Origin: Mobula hypostoma | Taxonomy: Eukaryota | Assembly: GCF_963921235.1 (NCBI RefSeq) | Contig: NC_086102.1 | Location: forward strand, 88,226,001 to 88,290,000 | DNA length: 64,000 nt | Reading direction: 5' to 3' | In this document: one piece after another, positions 50,241 through 63,834 of the stretch | Layout: every line of letters begins with the position of its first letter | Numbering within the stretch: position 1 is the first letter of the stretch | Position numbers and translations under genes: made by a program | The notes under the pieces: generated by a model | The model's input: the letters and a program-made list of their open reading frames with translations, nothing else | The model's database searches: none | Told to the model about the DNA's origin: nothing

Positions 50241-51829
50241 AGTTCCCACAGCATCTCCTCTCACAAAGGTTGGACTAGCTAGTCTGCAGTTCCTTAGTTC
50301 CTTTCTTCTCCACCACCCACCCCCCCCCCCGCACTCCCACAACATTTCTTAAGTAGCAGGGATACAAAGTCTCATTCCACTACTACCAGCCAAGCATGCT
50401 TTCTTGGAATGCAGACAAAATGCCGGAGGAACCCAGCAGAGCAGGTAGCATCCATGGAAAAGAGTATGCGGTCAATATTTCAGGCCAAGACCCTTCAGCA
50501 GGACTGGAGAAAAAAAGATAAGGCATTTTTGGAGATTATTTTTCATTTTTTAAAAATATGTATTTTTTTTACTATCAGGACATTGCCGTCAAGGCCGGCA
50601 TTTGTTACCCATCTCTAAGTGCTCGGGAAGGTGGTGGTGAGCCTCTGCAGTCCTTCCGGTGATGATGGTTCCTTTGTGCAGTTGACGGGGGAGATTCAGG
50701 ATAGAGGCCCAGACACAATGGGGATTCACAATGTGTTTCCAGTTTAGGATCGTGCATGACTTTGTGGAGACCCAAAAGAGGCGATGATTTTTCATTTTCA
50801 CGTTTCTTCATGACATTGAAAGAGGCCATTCAGCCCATCGAGTCTTTGTCAGCTCTCAGAGAAAATACAATCCTGTAGAAAAGTTCTCTATTCTCCCAAC
50901 ACACTAGGGACATCTTACTGAGGCCACTTTCCTACTCATTTTCCTGTGCTGTTACTGCCCTTGTCCTGGTGTCCACAAGTGAGCCTTACACCATATTCAA
51001 GCAACACACATCAAAGTTGCTGGTGAACGCAGCAGGCCAGGCAGCATCTCTAGGAAGAGGTACAGTTGATGTTTCAGGCCGAGACCCTTCAATGCAGGTA
51101 CCAGTTTGGCACTGTACCCAGTTAATGTAGGTGAAACTGCTCAACTGAATGCCATTTTCCCACTAATTCATGACTTCACCAAGCAGAAGTGCAAGAAGCA
51201 AATTGTACTCATGGAGTCTGGTAGGATATTTGAGGTCTACTCACTGTTGTAATGAAGCATTCCATATAGTGCGTCATATGTTGCCTAAACCAAACAGAAA
51301 TAATTTCACGCTAGCGGGTGTCATTGTTTCTGAAACCGTTGGTTTGTGGTGCTATGCTCCCAGTGTTCCGCGTTGGGACTGAGAAATTGGCCCTGAGCTT
51401 GGGGTGCATGGGGATGAGGTGGGCCGCATCCTCCAAAGGGATCGCTTACGGAACAGCGAGATACCCTGGGTTCCTGATGTGGCATGTGGGATCGCTATGG
51501 CTCAGGAGTATCCACCTGCATTTCATTTCATGACCTCACCTGGAAATGGTTACAAATCCAATTAGCTCTGGGTTAAATTCACTGCATCGATTCCAATTTA
51601 CAAACAAAAGTGAGAGCCCGCATATGGATAGTAGTTGGAGAAGAATACTTTTAAATATATGGACTTGGATTAGTTCAAAAAGATGACTTATTTCATTTTT
51701 GTGGGTGGGTCTACAATTCATCCCCCACCCCCCAACTTCCACCAGCGTTCAGAAGCTGGTAGAACAGAAAGAGGGGGCTACAGGAATTGTGTTGACTTTG
51801 TGATATCATCTATACAAGTGGGGAGTTGT

Positions 51830-52234
51830 GTTCTTCTTTCTTTTGCCTGTTTCGGGCAGCAATGAAGGCCCTCCACCCCTGGCAGTGTTCAGGACTTCCT
51901 TCATCATGTCAGTAGCTTCCTCTCGGCTTTCACTACTGTCAGTCCCAGGAGGAGACACGGAAATACCATCACACTCAGATGTGGAAGGGTTCTTCATTGC
52001 TGTTTCTGTAACAGTTTTGTTTGACCACTCAGAGCTGTTCGGCCTGAGCTGAGCCCCCGACCCTGGAGGACCGGTGGACCACTCTTAATCTGGCCTCTAC
52101 CCTTTGACCTGTTTGTCATGGGTGACCCTACCAAGAGCCAAAGCATAAAGCCCTGACTCCAGCCAGCACAGCTCTCTGGATCATTGGGGCATGCAGGCCT
52201 CCAAACCATGACAAGGTTGTGGCCCTCTTGGAGG
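51830..52234 (-). mobile_element. Non-autonomous bipartite RTE-derived element, copy 1
   Basis: Reverse-complement homolog of 53320-53570; starts CCTCCAAGAGGGCCACAACCTTGTCATGGTTTGGAGG. Confidence 0.7.
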
Positions 52235-53319
52235 TGGAGACAATAAACTCTAGCCAGAATACTTACCAGAATTCACAAGGGCAATGTGTGAAGCCTGATA
52301 AGTGTGCAGCTGCTGTTGGTTGAGCAGTGCCACACAGCATTCCACGTAACCGCAGTCACTGGCTCTGGCTCTCCCCTTCTATGACTCACATGAGGAGGAA
52401 GATAGGGTGGGGAGAGAGGGAAGGAAGGACAATTTCCTGATCAGGAGCTTTAGACCTTACAAACGATGCATGTTAAATTTGTGCCACCATTTCTCAGCCG
52501 CACAATATTTGTGCAATGAGTTTTAAGGTTGATTTTTCTTTCTACTGAACAAACAAATCTCATTCAGAAAACACTAATCAGAATCTGAACACATTTTATG
52601 CCCCGACCTCTCTCAGTCTGTTTGTTCATAGCATGCTGTGCTATCAGTGAGTCAGCAAGTTGGGAGTGGGCTGGCATGCTTGGGGAATCGAAATGTGACC
52701 ATCCCAACAGATTCATTCAGTCAACATCTCACCCACCTCCAATACTGAAACAGCTCATCCACGATGATAACCTCTTCACTTATCGGTTCTTAAGTTACTG
52801 TCCTTTACATGATTCATTTTGTCACCATGTGAACGTACAGATCAGAAGCAGACGCAAGCCACTTTATCCCTCCAGCCTGCCCACTCAATGAGACCATGAC
52901 AGTCTGACCGTAACTTCAACACCACACTCTTGCCCACCCCACTTCTTATCCGGGATCTGTCCATCTGCCTTAAAAGCATTCCCACCTTCTGTTTCTCTGT
53001 CCTTTGATGAAGAGAGTTCCAAAATCTCACATTCCAACACCGTTCTCACCACACCCCACCATCTGCCTCACTTTGAGAGAAAAAATATCGGTTTTAAATG
53101 GGCCACAGTTTGGTTTTTAAAAATAGCATTGCTAGTTCTAATTCTCCAGAAGAGGAAATACTCTCTCTGCATCTACCATATCAGGGCCCCATTTCAACCA
53201 GGTTTCTATTCACTTTTCTAAACTCTGTAGATAAAATCTTAGCCTTTACTACCTTTCCTCATAACAAAACCAGTATATTCTGGGTAATCCTCCTTTGAAC
53301 TGTTTTGACCAATTCCTTA

Positions 53320-53653
53320 CCTCCAAGAGGACCACCACCTTGCCGTGGTTTGGAGGCTTGCGTGCCTCAGTGACCCAGAGAGCTAGGTCGGCTGAAGTCA
53401 GGCCTTTATGCTTTGGCTCTTGGTAGGGTCACCCATGACAAACAGGTCAAAGGGTAGAGGCCAGACTAAGAGTGGTCCGCTAGTCCTCCAGGTTCAGGGG
53501 TTCAGCTCAGGGCTAACAATCCTGACTGGACAAACAAAGCTGTTACAAAAAGACCAATGAAGAATCCTATATCTGTATGTGGCCAAGGACAGACAGAGAT
53601 GGACGACCTTCATTGGTGCCCTAAGCACCAGTGGTGTAACAGGCAGTAAGTAA
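53320..53653 (+). mobile_element. Non-autonomous bipartite RTE-derived element, copy 2
   Basis: Rex3/Expander-like 5' UTR joined to an RTE 3' end (DRQRWTTFIGALSTSGVTGSK*), (TAAG)n tail, approximate TSD accaattccttac / accaatccttcac. Confidence 0.75.
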
Positions 53654-53739
53654 CCAATCCTTCACTTAAATAAGGAGATAAATGCAGTACAGGGCCCTCC
53701 TGATGTCGTTGTGATAAGATGGAGGAAGGTTAAGGTAAC

Positions 53740-54475
53740 AGTTCAAAGGCTCAGAGGTTCATTTATTATCAAAGTATACAATTCTGAAATTCTTCTTCTC
53801 CAGATAGCCACAAAACCCAGAAAGGAAAGAATGGCAGCATGATCATCCACCGCCCCCAGTCCCTCCTCCCCGCACAGAAAATGAACAATAACGGAACAGA
53901 TACATCGACCTCCCAACCCCCCAATTCCCCCTGCCCTGCATAGAAAAAAAATAGAAACATCACGTGAAGAACAAAGAATATAAAAAAACTATAAGGCTGA
54001 AAATATCTGTAGTCCAAGTCCATATCCAAAGCGCAGAAAACCTGGGGAACACTCTCCTGGCACAGTGGTAGCCCTTTACCTCTCTGGCATTGAGCGATCT
54101 CACCAGTGATCAATAGGCGGTCTCCCCTCTCTGGCAGCAGAACAATCTCGCCAGCGATCAATAGTCCAGACTCTCCCCTCCATAGTAGAGTGATCCCACC
54201 ACCCATCAATAGGCATTCACCGCTCTCTGGTAGCAGAGTGATCCCACCAGCACTAAAAAGACAGGCAACAGGCACTCACCTTCCACATTGGCCTTGATGC
54301 TTCAATCTCCATTGTTACTTTAGTCAGAGAAATAGATTCAAATATCTGCTTGTGGCCTTCTTGCCAAGAGATTCCTGCACGATGCCTCTGTCTCCCAGAA
54401 TCCTCCTGGAGACTGCAGAGCTCTGAGACTCCCAAACAATCTCCAAACTACAAATCACAGGCTCCAATAGCCACT
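53740..54475 (-). repeat. Unclassified interspersed repeat with internal ~38-bp tandem units (54090-54255)
   Basis: AATAAA and a (TGAAC)-type tail on the - strand near 53741-53770; repeated gatcccaccagcgatcaatag-like units. Confidence 0.4.
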
Positions 54476-55599
54476 GAGGAGAGATCAGTGCACTACGGTC
54501 ACAGATGATGTCATTTGGTTGCTGAGGTCCATGTTGTACTTGCTGCCGCTGACAGTGAGAGAGCTTTCATGGTTAAAAATAACACCAGTTACTGCTGAAG
54601 AGTGGGGCATTTTGCAAGTCATTACCTACAAACCACTGCAGGAAATGTCTGCTTTTAGATGCCTCCTCATCTGAGGCGCCACACTTCTAAATACGTATGG
54701 GAAAACATATGTATGCACTCATTAGCCATAGGTATGTTTATACTGAAATGCACAATTAAGAATTAATGCTTTTACATACTCAAAGCCCTATTTTGAGTGC
54801 TTTTTATGGAACAGTAGCTGTGATTTCTAATTATACCAGTTGGACGAACCAGATCTTTGCATACACGGTCTGCAGTGGAGATCTCATTTGCATCACTCTG
54901 CTGCTTCTGGGATGAAATGGGTCTTTTTTTTGCTTGGAGCCAGAGGCCAGCCCCCGCTCCACCCCCCGGATGAAGCTGTCAGGTGCAACACTTTACTCTG
55001 AGTGCTGGAGACATTTTATTATTACAAGGCGACAAACAGCACTTTACATTTGGGAAAGAAAACAAAGAGCAGCACCTGCACGGTTTTTGAAGCTTACTAA
55101 CCTGCCACTTTGCCAGCGTAGGTATCACTGTAAAATATTTGCTTCAAGGATTTGAAGTAATGAGCTGTGTGCTTGGGTATGCAACAAAGCTAACCTAGTC
55201 ACAGCCTGCTTTTAGTTAGAAAATGAAGGACTGTAAGTTTTATGTGCAGACCTAATAGTCTCAGAAATATAAAGATGTATTCATGAAGAATGAGGAAAAA
55301 AGTGAGTTCAGCTACTAGCATACTGTAAATCATATTAGCTCATCAAACAAGTTTTGCTGGATTCTAGATCCCAATTAATTAGTATTTATTTAAATTTAAA
55401 TTCTCTGGCGTTTTTCTGTCTAACCTGTTATCTGGACAGTCTATCCTTACCCCAATTTAATGCCTTTGAAAGTGTTAAGTTTCAATACACATATTGTAAA
55501 CCGTCATCTGTGCAAAATCCTATAACGGGGAGGATGATGCCTACCTTAAGGAACAATCAATCTTCTGAAGGAACTCAGCTTCTGCAGGGTGGGTGGAGA

Positions 55600-55965
55600 G
55601 AACATAAGACCATACGACATAGGAGCAGATTTAGGCTATTTGGCCCATCGAGTTTGCTCCATCATTCATCATGGCTGATCCACTTTACCTCTCAGCCCCA
55701 AGTTCCTGCCTACCCCCCCCACATATCCTGTCATGCCCAAGAATCTATCAACCTCTCCCATGACATGGCCTCCACAGCCACCTGTGGCAATGAATTCCAC
55801 AGATTCACCACTCTCTAGTGAAAGGAATTCCTCCTCATCTCCGTTTGAAAAGGATGCCCCTCTATTCTGAGGCTGTATCCTCTGGTTTTAGACTCCTACA
55901 CCATAGGGAACATCCTCTCAAGGATGCACAATTCGATAGGTTTCGAAGTGTCACCCCTATTGCCT
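55600..55965 (-). mobile_element. CR1 3' fragment
   Basis: Homologous to 11443-11810 and 19300-19680. Confidence 0.85.
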
Positions 55966-55975
55966 GAATTGCCTG

Positions 55976-58900
55976 AAGATGGAGAGTGGGGTGGATTAGG
56001 AAGGTGGACACTGGGGTAGTGTGGAAGGTGGACAATAGGTAGAATGAGGAAACTGGACACTGGTGTAGATTGAGGAAGCTGGACAGCAGTGTAGACTGAG
56101 GAAGATGGACAGTGGGGTTGAATGAGGAAGATGGACTGTGGGGTAGACTGAGGAAGATGGACAGTGGGATGGGATGAGAAAGAAGGACAGTGGGGTAGGA
56201 TGAGGAAGATTGACAGTGGGGTAGAATGAGGAAGATGGACAGTGGGGCAGGTTGAGGAAGATGGTCAGTGGTGTTAAATGAGGAAACTGGACTGTGGGGT
56301 AGAATGAGGAAGATGGATAGTGGGGTAGAATGAGGAAGATGGACTGTGGCATAGAATGGGGAAGCTAGACTGTGGCGTAGAATGAGGAGACTGGACAGAG
56401 GGAAAGAATGAGGAAGATGGACATTGGGGTAGAATGAGGAAGATGGACTGTGGGGTGGAATGAGGAAGATGGACAGTGGGGTGGAATGAGGAAGATGGAA
56501 AGCTGGCTAGAAATGAGGAAGATGGACAGTGGGGTAGAATGAGGATATTGGACAGTGGGGTAGAATGTAGAAGATGGACAGTGGTGTAGAATGAGGAAGA
56601 TGGACAGTGGGGCAGAATGAGGATATTGGACAGTGGGGTAGAATGAGGTAGATGGATAGTGGGGTAGAATGAGGAACATGGACAGCGGGGTAGACTGAGG
56701 AAGATGGACAGTGGGGTAGAATAGGTAATATGGACAGTGGTGTAGAATGGGGAAGGTGGACAGTGGGGTAGAGTGAAGAAGATGGACAGTGGGGCAGAAT
56801 GAGGAAGATGGACAGTGGTGTAGGATGAGGAAACTGCATTTTGGGGTAGAATGAGGAAGATAGACAGCGGAGTAGAATGAGGAGACTGGACAGTGGGTTA
56901 GAATGAGGAAACTGGACAGGGGGGTAGAATGAGGAAGATGGACATTTGTGTAGAATGGGGAAGACGGACAGTGGGGCAGAATGCAGACAATGGATAGCGG
57001 GATAGAATGAGGAATCTGGACAGCAGGATAGAATGAAGAAGATGGACAGTGGGGTAGGATGAGGAAGCTGGACAGTGGTGTAAAATGAGGAAGAAGGACA
57101 GTAGGGTGGAATGAGGAGGATGGAAAGTGGTGTAGAATGAGGAAGAGGGACAGTGGGGTAGAATGAGAAAGATGGACAGTGGGGTTGGATGAGGAAGATG
57201 GATAGTGGGATAGAATGGGGAAGATGGAAAGCGGGGTAGAATGAGGAAGATGGATCGTGGGGCAGAATGAGGAAGATGGACAGTGAGGTAGAACAAGGAA
57301 GATGGACAGTGGGGTAGGATGAGGAAGATTGACAGTGGGGTAGAATGAGGAAAATGAACAGTGGGGTAGAATGAGGAAGATGGACAGTGGAGTAGGTTGA
57401 GGAAGATGGACAGTGGGGTAGAATGAGAAAAATGAACAGTGGGGTGGAAAGAGAAAGCTGGACTGTGGCATAGAATGGGGAAGCTGGACTGTGGCGTAGA
57501 ATGAGGAGACTGGACAGCGGGAAAGAATGAAGAAGATGGACATTGGGGTAGAATGAGGAAGATGGACTGTGGGTTAGAATGAGGAAGATGGACTGTGGGG
57601 TAGAATGAGGAAGATGGATAGTGGGTTAGAATGAGGAAGAAGGGCAGTGGGGTGGAATGAGGAGGATGGAAAGTGGTGTAGAATGAGGAAGAGGGACAGT
57701 AGGGTAGAATGAGGAAGATGGACCGTGGGGTAGAATGAGGAAGATGGACAGTGGGGTAGACTGAGGAAGATGGACAGTGGGGTAGAATGGGTAATATGGA
57801 CAGTGGTGTAGAATGGGGAAGGTGGACAGTGGGGCTGAATGAGGTAGATGGACAGTAGGGTAGAATGAGGAAGATGGATAGTGGGGCAGAATGAGGAAGA
57901 TGGACAGTGGTGTAGAATGAGGAAGTTTGACAGTTTGGTAGTCTGAGGAAGATGGACAGTGGGGTGAATGAGGAAGATGGATATTGGGGTAGAATGAGGA
58001 ACATGGACAGTGGCGTAGACAGGAAGATGGACAGTGGTGTTGAATGTGTAATATGGACAGTGGTGTAGAATGGGGAAGGCAGACAGTAGTGCAGAATGAA
58101 GAAGATGGACAGTGTGGCTGAATGAGGAAGATGGACAGCGGGGTAGAATGAGGATACTGGACAGCTAGGTAGAATGAGGAAGATGGACCGTGGGGCAAAA
58201 TGAGGAAGATGTACAGTGGGGTAGAATGAAGAAGATGGTCAGCAGGGTAAAATGGGGAAGATGGACAGTGGTGTAGGATGATGAAACTGCACTTTGGGGT
58301 AGAATGAGGAAGAAGGACAGTGGGGCAGAATGAGGAAGATAGACAGCGGAGTAGAATGAGGAGACTGGACAATGGGGTAGAATGAGGAAGATGGACCGTG
58401 GGGCAAAATGAGGAAGATGGACAGTCGGGCAGAATGAGAAAGATGGATAATGGGTTAGAATGAGGAAGTTGGACTGTGGTGTAGAATGTAGTAGACGGAC
58501 AGTGGTGTAGAATGAGGAAGATGGACAGTAGGGTAAAATGGGGAAGATGGACAGTGGGATAGGATGAGGAAACTGCACTTTGGGGTAGAATGAGGAAGAA
58601 GGACAGTGGGGCAGATGAGGAAGATAGACAGTGGAGTAGAATGAGGAGACTGGACAGTGGGGTAGAATGAGGTAACTTGACTGTGGGGTAGAATGAGGAA
58701 AATGGACAGTGGGATAGAATGAGGAAGTTTGACAGTGTGGTAGACTGAGGAAGATGGACAGTGGGGTTGAATGAGGAAGATGGACTATGGGGTAGAATGA
58801 GGAAGATGGACTCGGGTGGAATGAGGAAGATGGACTGTGGGGTCGACTGAGGAAGATGGACAGTGGGATGGAATGAGGAAGATGGACAGTGGGATGGAAT

Positions 58901-60545
58901 GAGGAAGATGGACAGTGGGATGGAATGAGGAAAATGGGCATCGGGTTAGAATGTATAAGATGAACAGTGGATATGATGAGGAAGCTTGACAGTCGGGGAG
59001 AATGAGGAAACTGGACAGAGGGGTAGAATATGGAAGATGGACAGAGGGGTAGAATGAGGAGGATGGACTGTGGGGTAGAATGTAGAAGATGGACAGTGCG
59101 GAAGAATGAGGAAAATGGACAGTGGGGAAGAATGAGGAAGATGGAGAGTTGTGTAGAACGAGGAAACTGCACAGCAGGGTAGAATGAGGACGATGGATAG
59201 TGGGGTAGGATGAGAAAGATGGACAGTGGTATAGACTGAGGAAGATAGACCATGGGGTAGAATGAGGAACATGGATAGTGGGGTAGAATCTAGAAGATGG
59301 CCAGTGGGGTAGAATGAGGAAGATGGACAGTGGGGTAGAAGATTTACAGTGGGGAAGAATGAGGAAGATGGACAGTGGGGTAGAATGAGGAAAATGGATA
59401 GTGGCTAGAATGAGGAAACTGGACAGTGAGTTTGAATGAGGAAGATCGACTGTGGTGTAGAACGAGGAAGATGGACAGTGGTGTAGAATGAGGAAGATGG
59501 ATAGTGGCGTAGAATAAGGAAGATGGACAGTGGTGTAGGACGAGGAAAATGCACAGTGGCGTAGCATGAGGAAGATTGACTGGGTTAGAATGAAGAGGAT
59601 GGTCAGTGGGGTAGAATGAGGAAGATGGACAATGGGTTAGAACAAGGAAACTGGTCAGTGGGGTAGAATGAGGAAGATGGACCGTGGTGTAGAATGAGGA
59701 AGATGGACTGTGGGGTAGAATGAGGAAGCTGGACAGTTGGGTACAATGTAGAAGATGGACAGTGGGGTAGAACGAGGAAACTGGACAGTGGTGTAGTATG
59801 AGGAAGCTGGACTGCGGGGCAGAATGAGGAAGATGGACAGTGGTGTAGAATGAGGAAGATGGACTGTGGGGCAGAATGAGGAAGATGGACAGTGGGGTAG
59901 AATGATGAAGATGGACAGTGGTGTAGTATGAGGAAGCTGGACTGCGGGGCAGAATGAGGAAGATGGACAGTGGTGTAGAATGAGGAAGTTTGACAGTTTG
60001 GTAGTCTGAGGAAGATGGACAGTGGGGTAGAATGAGGAAGATGGACAGTGGGGTATAATGAGGAAGATGGATAGTGGGGCAGACTGAGGAAGATGGACTG
60101 TGGGGTAGAATAAGGAAGATGGAGAGTGGGGTGGAAGTAGGAAGGTGGACAGTGGGGTAGTGTGTGGAAGATAGACAATAGGTAGAACGAGGAAACTGGA
60201 CAATGATGTAGATTGAAGAAGCTGGACAGCAGTGTAGAATGAGGAAGATGGACAGTGGGAAAGAATGAGGAAATTTGACAGTGTGGTAGACTGAGGAAGA
60301 TGGACAGTGGGATTGAATGAGCAAGGTGGACAGTGGGGTAGAGTGAGGAAGATGGACAGTGGGCTAAAATGAGAAAGATGGACTGTGGGGTGGAATGAGG
60401 AAGATGGACTGTGGGGTAGGCTGAGGAAGATGGACAGTGGGGTGGAATGAGGAAGATGGACAATGGTTAGAATGAGGAAAATGGACGATGGCTAGAATGC
60501 GGAAACTGGAAAGTGTGGTAGAATGAGGAAGATGGAAAGTGGGGT
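55976..60545. repeat. Purine-rich satellite, 26-bp unit (GAATGAGGAAGATGGACAGTGGGGTA), roughly 175 copies
   Basis: Direct tandem repetition; - strand ORFs show a 26-aa (three-unit) period. Confidence 0.97.
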
Positions 60546-63500
60546 TTCCCTCTGCGTTGTTCCCTCTACTTCTTATGAGGCCTCTATTTCTTTAATTCTT
60601 AAAAAAGATAAAGATCCTACTGACTGTGCTTCATATAGACCTAGTTCATTACTGAATGTTGACGCTAAGATTTTGTCAAAGATAATGGCCAATCGGTTGG
60701 AGAATATTTTGGGGAAAATTATTTGTAAAGATCAAACAGGCTTTATAAAGGGTCGCTATTCCTTTTCAAGTGTCCGGAGACCGCTTAACATTATATATTC
60801 ATCCTCTTCTAATATTCCACAATGTGTTGTATCTTTGGATGCTGAAAACGTGTTCGACCGAGTCGAATGGAAACATTTATTCAATGTTTTAGAGAAATTT
60901 GGCTTTGGTGTTAATTTTAATAATTGGATTAAAATGATATATAAAGCCCCTATTGCTACTGTTGTTACTAACAATTGTACGTCTCCTTTTTTTCAGCTTT
61001 CACAGGGGACGAGGCAAGGCTGTCCATTAAGTCCTTTGTTGTTTAATTTAATATTAGAACCCCTTGCTATTGCTCTTCGTGAGTCTAAAAATATCCATGG
61101 GATCTTTGTGAATGAGACCATGAATAAGGTCTCTCTTTATGTTGATGATTTATTGGTTTATATATCTAACCCTGACGAATCCATTCCTGCCCTGCTAAAA
61201 TTATTTAATGAATTTGGAGGGTTTTCAGGATATAAAATTAATTTTAGTAAAAGTGAATTATTTCCTTTAAATGATTCTGTTTCTATATATGATAATACTC
61301 CTTTTAAAGTTTCAGACTCTTTTATATATTTAGGTATTATAATTACTAAAAAATATAAGGATCTTTATAAAGCTAATTTTGTTCCCTTAGTAGACTCAAT
61401 GAAGTATTTATTTAGTAGATGGAGTCCACTTACATTTTCAATTGTTGGCCGTATTCATATAGTTAAAATGATGATTCTACCGAAATTTTTATATTTATTT
61501 CAGAATATTCCTGTTTTTTTGACTAGGAAGTTTTTTGATTGGATTGATTCTATTATTTTATCCTTTATTTGGAATAATAAAAGACCAAGAATTAGTAAAC
61601 GTCATTTATAAAAATTGAAAAAGGATGGAGGTCTTGCTTTGCCTAATTTTAGAATGTATTATTGGGCTGTTAATCTGCGATATATGTCTTTTTGGTTATA
61701 CTGGGTTGATAAGAGTGATCGGCCAATTTGGGTAGACCTGGAACTAAAAGTTGTAAAACAGTTTTATTTAACCTCGTTATTGGGGGCTCCTTTACCTATG
61801 CAATTAGGTAAAGTTGTTAATTTAAACCTATATCCTGTGATTAAGTATTCTTTACAAATTTGGCTCCAGTTCCGCAATTTTTTTAATCTTAAAAAATTTA
61901 AACTTTGTAGTTTAATTTACCGAAATTACTTTTTTAAGCCTTCTTTGAGTGATCCAATTTTTCTGCTTTGGGAAAATAAAGGTATTAATTCTTTTTTGGA
62001 TAAATTTAAAGACGATTCATTGATGTCCTTTGAACAATTAATTGATAAATATTCTCTTTCATACTCACACTTTCTGCAATAGCTTCAAGTTAGATATTTT
62101 TTACAAAAATATTTAAGCAATTTCCCTTACATATTGGAGGCTGACCTGTTAGATACTATTATGAGTATGAATCCTTTGATTAAGGGTTCTATTGGAAGAA
62201 TTTATAATTTACTATTACAATGGGATAAGCGTCCTTTGTCTAAGATTAAACAGGATTGGGAAAAGGAACTTAATTTGACTTTTATGACGGAGGATTGGAT
62301 GCGGATATTGAAGTTGGTTAACTCTTCTTCAATTTGTGCTAGCCATTCATTGATTCAATTTAAAATTGTACATCGTTATCATTTGACAAAGGAGAGACTT
62401 TCTAAAATCTTTCCTATTGTTGATCGTCATTGTGATAGATGTAAAACTGAGATAGCTACACTGACGCATATGTTTTGGTCTTGTTCTATATTCGAACAGT
62501 TCTGGAAGTCGGTTTTCTCAACAATTTCTAAAGCACTTAAAATTAATTTACAACCTAATAAATTAACTGTGCTTTTTGGAATAGTTCCTCAAAATTTTCA
62601 TGGTATTTTTGTGTCTGACCAACATGTTATTGCATTTGTTACATTGATAGCTAGGAGGGCCAATTTGTTGAAGTGGAAGGATACATCAGCTCCCACTTTG
62701 TCACAATGGTTCTCTCAAGTGATGCTATGTCTTAGTTTGGAGAAAATTGGAAGTCGAACCTTTAAACCTTTATTTGATTTTGAGAAAAGATGTGGCTCAT
62801 TTGCTTGTTATTATCATTTGAGTTAATTGATATAATTTTTCCACGATCTAATTGTAAAATTTTTAGTATATTTTCTTTTCTTGCTGGTGGTTTGATGTTT
62901 ATTTTTAGAAGCTTTTTGTATGACACATGTGTAGCCCCCCCCGCCGGCCACCCTCAGGGTCGCTTGGCTCGCTGTCGTCTAGGGAAACAGCCTCGGCCCC
63001 GCCAAACTGGATAATTCGTTTGTGTGGATGCTGTGTGAGATACTCCACCCCGCCCAAATAACAGACAATACACCAGATGCAATTAAATGATTTACAGTTT
63101 ATAGATATTACTGGAACTATATAATTAAAAGAGAATAAAATATAAAAGGAAAATAAAAGGCGCCACACTTATCAAAGTTCAATCTCTTCGTGCACAAAAC
63201 AGTTGGAGCTCACGAACCTTCTTCTTCACCCTGCGACCCCCTCGGGCCACCTCGACCGGCCGCCTGGGACCAACAACGGTGGTCGACCAGACGTTCCACA
63301 CGAGTCCGTCTCCGTATCCTCGCCGAACGTCCCGCTCGGGGTCCGACCCCGTTAGGGACTCACAGCACCTCGTCCATCCTCTGTCTCGCTCTCCCGCCTT
63401 CTGCCCCAAAATCCCGTGCATACAGTATCTTCAAATACACCAAAACCATAACAACTATCCCAATTGGTTAATAGCACTCTCTTATCACACTCTAAAGCAA

Positions 63501-63826
63501 AAACAAACTGTTAGCGCAAACTTTCTCAGTGTTTAACACAACAAAGCCGCATTCCCCAGATTAACATAATAAAGACGCCATTTTAATTAGCCTCCGCAGT
63601 AACATAAAAGACGAAACCCCCTTACACATGACTCCAGGGTTGTACACCTATGGGTGTTCTTTTTTCTCACTTTTCTGCTCAGTAGGTTTTTTTTGTTATC
63701 ACAAAATTTTGTTTTCAATCTTTAAGATGATGGTTTTTTCTGAGGCATTGTAAGTGTTGTTACTTCGATGTACTCATGTTATTTTTCCTATATATACAAT
63801 AAAAAGATTTGAAAAGAAAAGGAAAG
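60546..63826 (+). mobile_element. L1-clade LINE, 5'-truncated ORF2 with stops and a frameshift, inserted in the satellite
   Basis: SYRPSSLLNVDAKIL, DQTGFIKGR, GTRQGCPLSPLLF, LYVDD, GGLALPNF, C-terminal CDRC..HMFWSC; AATAAA and A-rich tail at ~63798-63826. Confidence 0.93.
62930..63626. mobile_element. Solo LTR (697 bp) in the L1 3' UTR
   Basis: TGTA...TACA termini; 4-bp TSD CATG (62926-62929 and 63627-63630); CpG-rich against AT-rich L1 flanks. Confidence 0.85.
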
Positions 63827-63834
63827 CGAGGATG

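Noticed and set aside
55996-60463. Numerous Pro/His/Ser-rich ORFs on the - strand
   Set aside because: Artefacts of the 26-bp satellite.
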